A stretch of 64,000 nt of DNA from Vulcanimicrobiota bacterium (lineage in GTDB: Bacteria; Vulcanimicrobiota; Xenobia; Xenobiales; JADMJV01): NCBI GenBank assembly GCA_050250895.1, contig JBFWNU010000003.1:778109-842108 (forward strand), written 5' to 3'. Positions 57,333-64,000 of this stretch are shown here, one piece after another. Position 1 is the first letter of the stretch, and the number at the start of each line of letters is the position of its first letter. The notes under the pieces are model-generated. The model ran no database searches, had not been told where the DNA came from, and saw only the letters and a program-made list of their open reading frames with translations. A program made the position numbers and the translations under genes.

Positions 57333-57508
57333 ATTTTAGGCGGTTTGATCCATCTTGTCAATCCCGGGCCGGAACGCTATACTGGGCCGCAAGGGCGCGA
57401 AGGGGCGCCCGGCCCACGAAAGAGGACCTCACCCTTCAGCACCGGTTGGACATTACAAGAACTCAGTCGCCTGGCAGTGGGATATCGGCGAAACGAAGGA
57501 GTGTTGTA

Positions 57509-58012
57509 ATGAAGATCCGAGTTCCCAATCTCGAAGAGTTCAAGATTCGAGCTTCGCTGTTGCTCAAAGCTCTCGACAGCGAAGACCCCGACAAGAAGGC
57601 CAGGGCGTGGGCGCGCTGGAGACGGCATTTTGAAGTGCCCGAGCAACCTCGGCGCAAGCAGGCCCTCCAGGTCGTCGCCCTGGAGAACGGCTTCGCCAGT
57701 TGGGCCGAGCTAAAGTCTCATTTCGAGCCGCAGGTGGGCATCACACTGTGCCCCCGCGGGTCGGCCGGTTTTCTCAACGAGTGGCATAACTCGTACGACC
57801 AGGCCAGCGCGGCCCGCCAACGCAGCAACGGCTATCTGTTGTTGCACGGACGCCATTTCTTCGTCTGTTCGCGCAGCTACATCGAGAGCGTGCTGGGGCT
57901 GGACCCTGACGACCCCGACTGGGACCGCATGGGCAGAGACTGGGCCCGCCCTCGCGACCCGAAGGCTCGCGAGCGACTGGCCCAGTCCCTGCCGGCCAAC
58001 TGCCGAGTCTAG
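57509..58012 (+). CDS. Hypothetical protein
   Basis: ATG after GAAGGAG; 'VVALENGFASWAELK' motif of small helical N-terminal domains. Confidence 0.8.
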   Translation: MKIRVPNLEEFKIRASLLLKALDSEDPDKKARAWARWRRHFEVPEQPRRKQALQVVALENGFASWAELKSHFEPQVGITLCPRGSAGFLNEWHNSYDQASAARQRSNGYLLLHGRHFFVCSRSYIESVLGLDPDDPDWDRMGRDWARPRDPKARERLAQSLPANCRV

Positions 58013-58920
58013 TCCTGGGTGTGGCGGGCGGCCATCTTGGCATCGGTGGCCGCCCACTCGGCCCGGATCATCCTGGCGAACTCGGCTCGGTTGAGGTCCT
58101 TCTGCTTGAGGAACTCGTCTTTGTCGATCTCGCCCAGGGCGAAGGCCTTCACGGCCGGGTCTTTCCACGAGTTGGGTTCGGCCCCGGTCACCTTATGGAT
58201 GGCTTTCTCCCACTTGCGGAAGAAGTCAATCTTGCCGAGAGGCTTATTCCACATGCCGTTGACGATGCAGTAGTAATCGTCCCAGGGCATCTTGTGGTGG
58301 GCCTGGTGGTTGGGCTTGGGCTGGGCTAGTCCCACCTTTTGCAGGACCTTGGCGATGGCCGGAGGGTTGTCCATATGGGCCCACCGGTGAGAGCCTTGAG
58401 CCAGATAGGCGCCCTCGAGGAAGGCCAGCGAGAAGGCCGAGGCCAGCGGTCCCGGGTTTAACGCTGCCGTAGCCAGCAGCGGTACCCACATCACTTTCCC
58501 GGCCTCATGGAGGTTGGTCAGGTAAGAGGACTTCTCGAGGCTATGGATGTTGTGGTGGTGGGTTTGGAATTCATAGGCCAGGTTGCCGATGATGGGCGTG
58601 TCCTCGTTGGGATAGTTGTCGATGAAGTGGTGAAAGACTCCGCTGACCAGGTCGGCGCTGACGTAGCCGGCCACGGCCGCTCCCAGGGCCAGCGCCCCGG
58701 TGGCGACTTTGTTGCCCACTCCCGGCTGGCTAGCTACGTCCCGCACGATGTTGGCCGCGATGGCTACTCCCGAGCCGAGGCAGAGAGCGGCTGTGACCTT
58801 GTGCGAGAGGGGAGTCTTGACGCTCGTCTCGACACGATCTTCAGGCTCTTGGTCCGCCGCCGGCTTGGGCGCGGCGGTTCGGGCCGGGGTAGGCATTGGT
58901 TTGACGGGTGTGATAACCAT
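58009..58920 (-). CDS. CarF/TMEM189/FAD4-family membrane lipid desaturase with N-terminal extension
   Basis: His motifs 'DLVSGVFHHFIDNY', 'EFQTHH', 'QGSHRWAH', 'HQAHH', 'YCIVNGMWN'; RBS AGCAGGAGGA. Confidence 0.88.
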   Translation of the reverse strand: MVITPVKPMPTPARTAAPKPAADQEPEDRVETSVKTPLSHKVTAALCLGSGVAIAANIVRDVASQPGVGNKVATGALALGAAVAGYVSADLVSGVFHHFIDNYPNEDTPIIGNLAYEFQTHHHNIHSLEKSSYLTNLHEAGKVMWVPLLATAALNPGPLASAFSLAFLEGAYLAQGSHRWAHMDNPPAIAKVLQKVGLAQPKPNHQAHHKMPWDDYYCIVNGMWNKPLGKIDFFRKWEKAIHKVTGAEPNSWKDPAVKAFALGEIDKDEFLKQKDLNRAEFARMIRAEWAATDAKMAARHTQD

Positions 58921-58951
58921 TTTCGTTCCTCCTGCTAATCTCTCTCGCATC

Positions 58952-58983
58952 ATTATGCCGCAGGAGCCTTGGAGAAGCCTTGA
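58952..58983 (-). promoter_or_regulatory. Direct-repeat promoter TCAAGG-N5-CCAAGG-N9-CATAAT
   Basis: GGTCAAGGCTTCTCCAAGGC closely matches the sRNA promoters (GGTCAAGGCATTTCCAAGGC). Confidence 0.72.
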
Positions 58984-59009
58984 CCCGTTTCGGCCGTTCC
59001 GGCCGACAA

Positions 59010-59117
59010 GGAGCGAGGGCTTCGCCCTCGAGAGGGGAGCCCGGCTTCGCCCGGGGGATGGGAGCGGAGCAAAGCTCCGAGAGGGGAGCGAATTGAGCTC
59101 CTCCTCAATTCGAGGAC
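59010..59117 (+). repeat. Array of 4 GGAG-tagged hairpins (third member of the family)
   Basis: Stems cgagggc/gccctcg, cccgg/ccggg, cggagc/gctccg, cgaattgag/ctcaattcg joined by AGAGG-GGAG or GGATG-GGAG. Confidence 0.8.
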
Positions 59118-59178
59118 GGGCGGCTGGGCGCGAGGTCTCTCGCCGAGAATCGGCTGGGATGGGGGGCCGGAGAGGGGT

Positions 59179-59490
59179 TTAGGCGGCCGACTCGAGCCAC
59201 CAGCGCAGGCTGGCGGTCTCGGTCTGGTCATCGGGAAAGTGCAGTCCCACAACCTGGCCGCATCCGAAGAAGCTCTGTTGCCAGACCGGGACGGCGACGA
59301 CGCTGAAGGTCTGTCCGTCGGGGGTCATGACGTGGACGGCCTGGCGGGTTCGCAGGCGCACGGGGGACTCGACCAGCACGCGGGCGCCCGTGGCCGAGAG
59401 GTTGAGGGTCTTACCCTGCATGTGGCGCATCAAGACCTGGCATTCCAGCGATTTTCTGGAATCGGCTCGGCGATTTTCGCAGCCTTTCAT
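59179..59490 (-). CDS. PilZ domain protein
   Basis: RxxxR ('RRADSR') and NxSxxG ('NLSATG'); RBS AAAGGA. Confidence 0.85.
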   Translation of the reverse strand: MKGCENRRADSRKSLECQVLMRHMQGKTLNLSATGARVLVESPVRLRTRQAVHVMTPDGQTFSVVAVPVWQQSFFGCGQVVGLHFPDDQTETASLRWWLESAA

Positions 59491-59524
59491 GCTTGTCCTT
59501 TCTTGTGTGCCACCTGCACTACTG

Positions 59525-59556
59525 ACAGTAGCGCGAAGGGCTGAAAGAAACATGAA
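59525..59556 (-). promoter_or_regulatory. Direct-repeat promoter TTCATG-N5-TTCAGC-N9-TACTGT
   Basis: Same spacing as the other direct-repeat promoters; upstream of the PilZ gene. Confidence 0.5.
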
Positions 59557-59566
59557 AGGGCTGGGA

Positions 59567-59746
59567 CTAGCGCGTTTCTTGGTGCAGGCTGACGGCCAGG
59601 CTCCAGGCCGAGCCGCAACGCATGGTCGGGGTGGTTACCGGTTTGGCCTGAGCGGGCCGGCTGGGCAGTTGGAACTTTTCGCTGGACTCGCTGGTCACGA
59701 TGGGCCGGGGGGCGGGGGTGCAGGTATCTGCGAGTGAGGCTAGCAT
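59567..59746 (-). CDS. Small protein (59 aa), below the ORF-track cutoff
   Basis: ATG after GGAAGGA; MLASLADTCTPAPRPIVTSESSEKFQLPSRPAQAKPVTTPTMRCGSAWSLAVSLHQETR*; TAGTCT -10 upstream. Confidence 0.55.
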   Translation of the reverse strand: MLASLADTCTPAPRPIVTSESSEKFQLPSRPAQAKPVTTPTMRCGSAWSLAVSLHQETR

Positions 59747-59825
59747 CGTGTGGATTCCTTCCAGATGAACTAGTCTCAGACTAACCGCTGGCTCTCGCCC
59801 AGGACTGACCGATGACCGGAAAATG

Positions 59826-60668
59826 TTACGCGGTTGTGAACTTTGACAGGTGCTTGACCACCACGCTGGCGCAGGTCAGGCCAAAGGTGCCGGTCACGAA
59901 ACCGGCCGTGCCATAGATGACGGCCCGCTGGTCGCAAGAGTGGAACTCGTTTTTGCCGCCCGGGCACACGCACTTGAAACCCTGCCCGTTGTCATAGGTC
60001 AACTCGCGCGGTTGAGCCGGTTCTTCGGTGGAGTAGACAGCCGGGATGCCGAACTTCTTCTTGCCCTCGGGAAAGCCGTATTGCTGGCGTAGGATCTTGC
60101 GGGTGTCGCGAGCCAGGGGATCGAGCTTGGTGCGGGCCAGATCCGTCACTGCGACGGCGGTGGGATCCATCCGGCCGGAGGCGCCGGTAGAGCAGACGAC
60201 GGGTATACCGCGTTCGCGGCAGGTGGCCAGCAGATAGCACTTGGCCGTGATGTTGTCGATGGCGTCGACGATGTAGTCGGGCCTGGCCTCGAGAATGCGT
60301 TCGGAAGTGCGCTCGTTGTAGAAGAATTTGACCGCGTTGACCGTGGCCTGGGGGTTGATCAGGCGCAGGCGCTCGGCCAGGATGTCGACCTTGGGCTTGC
60401 CGATGGTGCCTTTCATGGCTTGCAGCTGACGGTTGGAGTTGGTGATGCAGACCAGGTCGAAGTCGACCAGGTCGAGCGTGCCGATGCCACTGCGAGCCAG
60501 AGCTTCGGCCGCGAACGAGCCAACGCCGCCAAGGCCCACCACCATCACGCGGGCGTTGAGCAGGGCGGCCATTCCGTCATCACCGACCAGACGGCCGATG
60601 CGGTCAAATCGACGGTGGAGGCGATACTCGTCTTCCACCATCCCGAGGTTGTCTTGTGCCAGGGTCAT
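59826..60668 (-). CDS. tcdA: tRNA threonylcarbamoyladenosine dehydratase (ThiF family)
   Basis: 'GLGGVGSFAAEALARSGIG', 'NSNRQL', 'DAID', 'DPLA..RKILR', 'VYSTE'. Confidence 0.9.
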   Translation of the reverse strand: MTLAQDNLGMVEDEYRLHRRFDRIGRLVGDDGMAALLNARVMVVGLGGVGSFAAEALARSGIGTLDLVDFDLVCITNSNRQLQAMKGTIGKPKVDILAERLRLINPQATVNAVKFFYNERTSERILEARPDYIVDAIDNITAKCYLLATCRERGIPVVCSTGASGRMDPTAVAVTDLARTKLDPLARDTRKILRQQYGFPEGKKKFGIPAVYSTEEPAQPRELTYDNGQGFKCVCPGGKNEFHSCDQRAVIYGTAGFVTGTFGLTCASVVVKHLSKFTTA

Positions 60669-60674
60669 GCGGCT

Positions 60675-61376
60675 TCATTTCGCGTCACTACAGGCGGGAG
60701 CCTTCAGCCGAAACAGCCTTCTGGCGTTCTGGGCGGTTTTGTGGGCTATCTCGGTGGGGGAGAGGTCGAACAGTTCGGCCAGACGTTCGGCGATCTTGCC
60801 CACCTCGGCCGGCTCGGCTAGCTGGCTGGGGGCATCGCTTTCGATGAGTAGCCGATCGAGGGGGACCTCGCGGGCGGCTCGGGCAGCCTTGTCATGGCGC
60901 AGCAGATTGCCGGCAAAGCCGATATAGAGACCGAGTTTAAGATAGTCGACCACCATCTCGGGCGAACTCGAGAAACTGTGGACCACACCCCCGGCGGTCG
61001 GCAGGCCGTCCTTCTTGAAAAGCTCGAGGGCCAGACCGTCGGATTTGACCAGATGCAGGATGACCGGAAGGTCGAGCTGCCGGGCCAGCGCCAGCTGGTC
61101 GCGCAAGGCCTGCTCCTGGTGCGGCTGACCGCGCTGGCGGTCGAGGCCGATTTCACCAAGGGCCACCGCTCCTTGCAAGTGGTCCTCGAGTCGGTCGAGG
61201 GCCCCTGACTGCCAGGGGTGCAGGCCGAAAGCCAGGTGGGCTCGGCCGCGAAAGGCCTCTTGGGCTTGCCATCCCGAGGGCGAAAACCCCACGGCGACCA
61301 CTTCGATGCCGCGCTCCCGGGCTCGCTCGAGACTGCCGGCTGGGCATTGCTCGAGGTGGCAGTGACTATCGATCAA
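60675..61376 (-). CDS. tatD: TatD family nuclease
   Basis: 'IDSHCHL', 'GLHPW', 'GEIGLD', 'VVHSF', 'LIESDAP'. Confidence 0.92.
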   Translation of the reverse strand: MIDSHCHLEQCPAGSLERARERGIEVVAVGFSPSGWQAQEAFRGRAHLAFGLHPWQSGALDRLEDHLQGAVALGEIGLDRQRGQPHQEQALRDQLALARQLDLPVILHLVKSDGLALELFKKDGLPTAGGVVHSFSSSPEMVVDYLKLGLYIGFAGNLLRHDKAARAAREVPLDRLLIESDAPSQLAEPAEVGKIAERLAELFDLSPTEIAHKTAQNARRLFRLKAPACSDAK

Positions 61377-62850
61377 GGACTTCGGCCGGGGTGCGACCCA
61401 ACATCGAGAGAGTGGCCGAGACGACCGTTCCGAAGACGATAAACCAGGGCCACGCCAGCGAGGTCGTGCGAGCGATGGTAAAGACCACCAGGGTGCTCAC
61501 GATGGCGGCCACCAGATTGGTGCGGTCGTTGCCTGCCACCTTGCTGAACAGGGCCACCAGAAAGATGCCCAGCAGCCCGCCATAGAAAAAGGTCATCACG
61601 CCCAGGGCCAGGCTGAGCAGGTCGGTCTCGGGGTTCGCTTTCATGTATTCGGCCGTCAACAAAGCGAAGCCGGCCAACAGGATACCGATCACGAAGGTGG
61701 CGTGGCGCGAAGCGAGCAGATAGGCCTCGGGGGCCAGGTCCGGCTTGTGACGGCGATAGAAGTCGTTGATGTAGGTTGCCGTCATGGCGTTGAGGGCCGA
61801 CGAAAGGCTCGACATGGCGGCGGCCAGCACGCCGGCCACCACCAGGCCCAAGACCCCGCTGGGCAGGATCTCGAGAGCGTAGAACAGCAGCACGTGGCCG
61901 TTCTTGCCTGCCTCGCGCAGTTCGGCGGCCTTGAGCGCGAGAGGAGCGTCGGCCGGCTGTTGCGAGAGGTAGATAAAGAGCAGCATTCCCACACCCATGA
62001 AGGTAATGGTGACCATGAGGCCGAGAAATCCACTCAACCACATCGAGCGGCGACTGCCTTCGTCGGTCTTGCAAGTGAGCAAGCGCTGCACCATGTCGTG
62101 ATCGGTGCCGTGGGTAGCCATCGTCAGGAAGAATCCCCCGATGACGGCCGTCATCACGTGGTAGGCGTTGGTTAGCGGCGAGCCGTCGAAGTTGAAGAGG
62201 CGAAACTTTTGGGCCTGGTCGAGTTGCTGAAAGATGTCGCCAGAGGAACCTTCGATGCCAAACCACAGGGTCAACAACAAGGTCAGCCCGGACCCAACCA
62301 GCACCACCGCCTGGGCCACGTCGGTGTAGATGACCGCTTTGATTCCGCCCGCATAAGTGTAAAGGATGGTAACGGCGGCCAGGATCAAGACCGCTTTGGC
62401 GATGGAGAGGCCGGTCACCACTTCGATGGTGATGGCCGCGATAAAGAGTCGGGAGCCGTCGGCGAACACGCGTCCGAACAAGAACAGCCCGGCCGTGATG
62501 GTGTTGGTGCCGGGGCCGAAGCGCGAGCGCAAGAATTCGTAGATGGTAGTGACCTGGGCTTTGTAGAAGGCTCCGATGAAGACGCTGGCTAGCAAGAACC
62601 GGGCCGCGATCGTGCCGATGGAGAATTGGAGGTAGCTCAGATCGCGGATATAGCCCTGCTCGGGGGCGCCCAGAAAGGTGGCGGCGCTGATTTCGGTGGC
62701 CACCAGCGAGAGCAAGGCGGCCCACCAGGGGATGGACCTGCCGCCTAGCAGAAAATCGTCGGTGTCATGCTGGTCTCGGCCGGCCCACATTCCCACCGCG
62801 GCCATGCCGCCGAGATAGACAACCAGCACCACCCAGTCGAGGCTAGCCAT
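61366..62850 (-). CDS. Sodium:solute symporter family
   Basis: 'LGGRSIPWW', 'GGIKAVIYTD', 'DHDMVQR', 'AAAMSSLSS'. Confidence 0.93.
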   Translation of the reverse strand: MASLDWVVLVVYLGGMAAVGMWAGRDQHDTDDFLLGGRSIPWWAALLSLVATEISAATFLGAPEQGYIRDLSYLQFSIGTIAARFLLASVFIGAFYKAQVTTIYEFLRSRFGPGTNTITAGLFLFGRVFADGSRLFIAAITIEVVTGLSIAKAVLILAAVTILYTYAGGIKAVIYTDVAQAVVLVGSGLTLLLTLWFGIEGSSGDIFQQLDQAQKFRLFNFDGSPLTNAYHVMTAVIGGFFLTMATHGTDHDMVQRLLTCKTDEGSRRSMWLSGFLGLMVTITFMGVGMLLFIYLSQQPADAPLALKAAELREAGKNGHVLLFYALEILPSGVLGLVVAGVLAAAMSSLSSALNAMTATYINDFYRRHKPDLAPEAYLLASRHATFVIGILLAGFALLTAEYMKANPETDLLSLALGVMTFFYGGLLGIFLVALFSKVAGNDRTNLVAAIVSTLVVFTIARTTSLAWPWFIVFGTVVSATLSMLGRTPAEVLDR

Positions 62851-63220
62851 CGACCAGCCCTCCCAGGAAGGGATAGAGATACTCTTCCCCCCGAGCGGCG
62901 GCGGCCGCTCCACTGAAGGTCGGCACCGCCAACACGATCAAGACCAAGGAACCGACCACGACCAACAACAGCACCACGGCATGTAGCATGAAGGCCGAGA
63001 ATTGGTTGCGCAGGAGATAGACTATTCCCCCGGCCAGGGCTAAAAAGACAGCTACGGCCGCCTGGTAGGCGGCGGCCTGGCGAGCGTGGTCGGCTACGAA
63101 GTCCGACTCGTCGTGCTTCCAGAAATAGAAAACCAGCGGCAGCCAGCAGGTGGTGATGAGGGGCAGGTAGGCTAGATGGGCCAGCCCGGCGATCCAACGC
63201 TCGGAACTTTCGGTCTGCAC
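62843..63220 (-). CDS. DUF4870 family membrane protein
   Basis: 'ERWIAGLAHL', 'SDFVADHARQA', 'RGEEYLYPF'. Confidence 0.82.
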   Translation of the reverse strand: MQTESSERWIAGLAHLAYLPLITTCWLPLVFYFWKHDESDFVADHARQAAAYQAAVAVFLALAGGIVYLLRNQFSAFMLHAVVLLLVVVGSLVLIVLAVPTFSGAAAAARGEEYLYPFLGGLVDG

Positions 63221-63221
63221 C

Positions 63222-64000
63222 TTAAAGGGTGAGGTGACTGCCGTCGAGATTCCAGCCGCGGCCGTCGTAGACCACGATGTAGTGGCCGGAGATGTTTTTG
63301 ACCTGGTCTTTCTCGATGACGGCCAGTTCGACCGAGACGCGAGCGGTGTTGGCGTCGAGGGCTTTGATGCCAACCAGGCGGCAGTCGACCTGCTGAACCG
63401 GGGCGTAGCCGCGCTCGAAAGCGTTCTGGCTCAGCTCGCGCTTCCAGTCCGAGGAAAGACGTCCGTAGGCGGCGCTGTAGGCGCGGGCGTTGACGGCCCG
63501 GTAGAAGTCCACCACTGATTGACCGGCGTCGCCGAGGCGACCGGTGGGCGGAGTCGAATTGGCCGAAGCCTGTTTGATGGAAAGTCCGAGAGTGATGCCG
63601 CCGAAGAAGAGCACGCTCAACATCGCTACCGTGGCTACCGAGAGCACGGCTTTGCGGAGCATTTCGCCGGCGGCGGGCAGGGCGGTCTGGCGGCCCCAGC
63701 CGACGACGTTGGAGCTTTCTTCTACGAGCCAGCCAAAGAATTCGCGAGAGAAGTCGAGGGAGCCCTGGGCCAGGTGCTGCATCCGGAAGCCGAAGGTGGG
63801 AACCGGGGAGAGCCGCGAGTTGGCCAGCTGTTGCAGGGCTTGAATCTGCTCGACCGAGAGGGCCTCGGTGGCGCTGGTGACGATTTCGCTGGCGTCGTCG
63901 ACCGGCTCTTCGGCCATCAGGGCGGCGACAGGGGCTTCTTCGACATCGATGTCGTCAGCCTCTTCGCCGGTCTCTTCACAGCCGGACACGAAACGGTGAC
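63222..64000 (-). CDS. Single-TM hypothetical protein with NTF2-like C-terminal domain (5' end outside the window)
   Basis: Frame open to the window edge; 'VVDFYRAVNARAYSAAYGRLS' after a TM helix. Confidence 0.7.
   Translation of the reverse strand, partial: HRFVSGCEETGEEADDIDVEEAPVAALMAEEPVDDASEIVTSATEALSVEQIQALQQLANSRLSPVPTFGFRMQHLAQGSLDFSREFFGWLVEESSNVVGWGRQTALPAAGEMLRKAVLSVATVAMLSVLFFGGITLGLSIKQASANSTPPTGRLGDAGQSVVDFYRAVNARAYSAAYGRLSSDWKRELSQNAFERGYAPVQQVDCRLVGIKALDANTARVSVELAVIEKDQVKNISGHYIVVYDGRGWNLDGSHLTL

Noticed and set aside
59666-59676. 11-nt complement (one G.U) of the sRNA seed in the 59-aa ORF
   Set aside because: A match this short could arise by chance in 64 kb, and it is not at a ribosome-binding site.
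61373-62725. 450-aa alternative-frame ORF inside the SSS gene
   Set aside because: Arg/Pro-rich off-frame product with no domain signal.

Overview
GC-rich bacterial window with about 65 mostly intact CDSs and no rRNA, tRNA or CRISPR array that I can recognise. Housekeeping content: a CoA-dependent aromatic/acyl catabolic cluster, fadN-fadA beta-oxidation, a cluster of four alkaline-phosphatase/sulfatase-superfamily genes, DUF1800/DUF1501, an SLC13 permease, a c-di-GMP HD-GYP/REC/GGDEF protein, DUF885, and tcdA-tatD-SSS. There is also a small accessory region (about 41.6-46.4 kb) with a decayed HNH gene carrying a 120-bp hairpin insertion and an in-frame MNT-HEPN fusion. The most striking signals are non-coding. 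(1) Four near-identical promoter + ~58-nt RNA + GNRA-terminator cassettes; three lie in a mosaic repeat at 9.9-11.1 kb and one at 13.1 kb. (2) The same promoter architecture (hexamer-N5-hexamer-N9-'-10', resembling OmpR/PhoB-type direct repeats) also precedes a CarF/TMEM189-like desaturase, two orphan membrane-active proteins and a PilZ gene, suggesting an undescribed sRNA + effector regulon. (3) About 13 genes start directly after a sigmaH-like AGG-N16-19-NGAA-N9-11 promoter, implying leaderless mRNAs. (4) Three arrays of GGAG/GTAG-tagged hairpins have constant linkers and covarying stems. Several enzymes and glycine-zipper proteins carry disordered, FlgM/T3SS-like N-termini. All functional assignments come from motif recognition by eye; no database searches were run. 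Host lineage is not determined; the style suggests Ca. Eremiobacterota/Xenobia, which is inference only.
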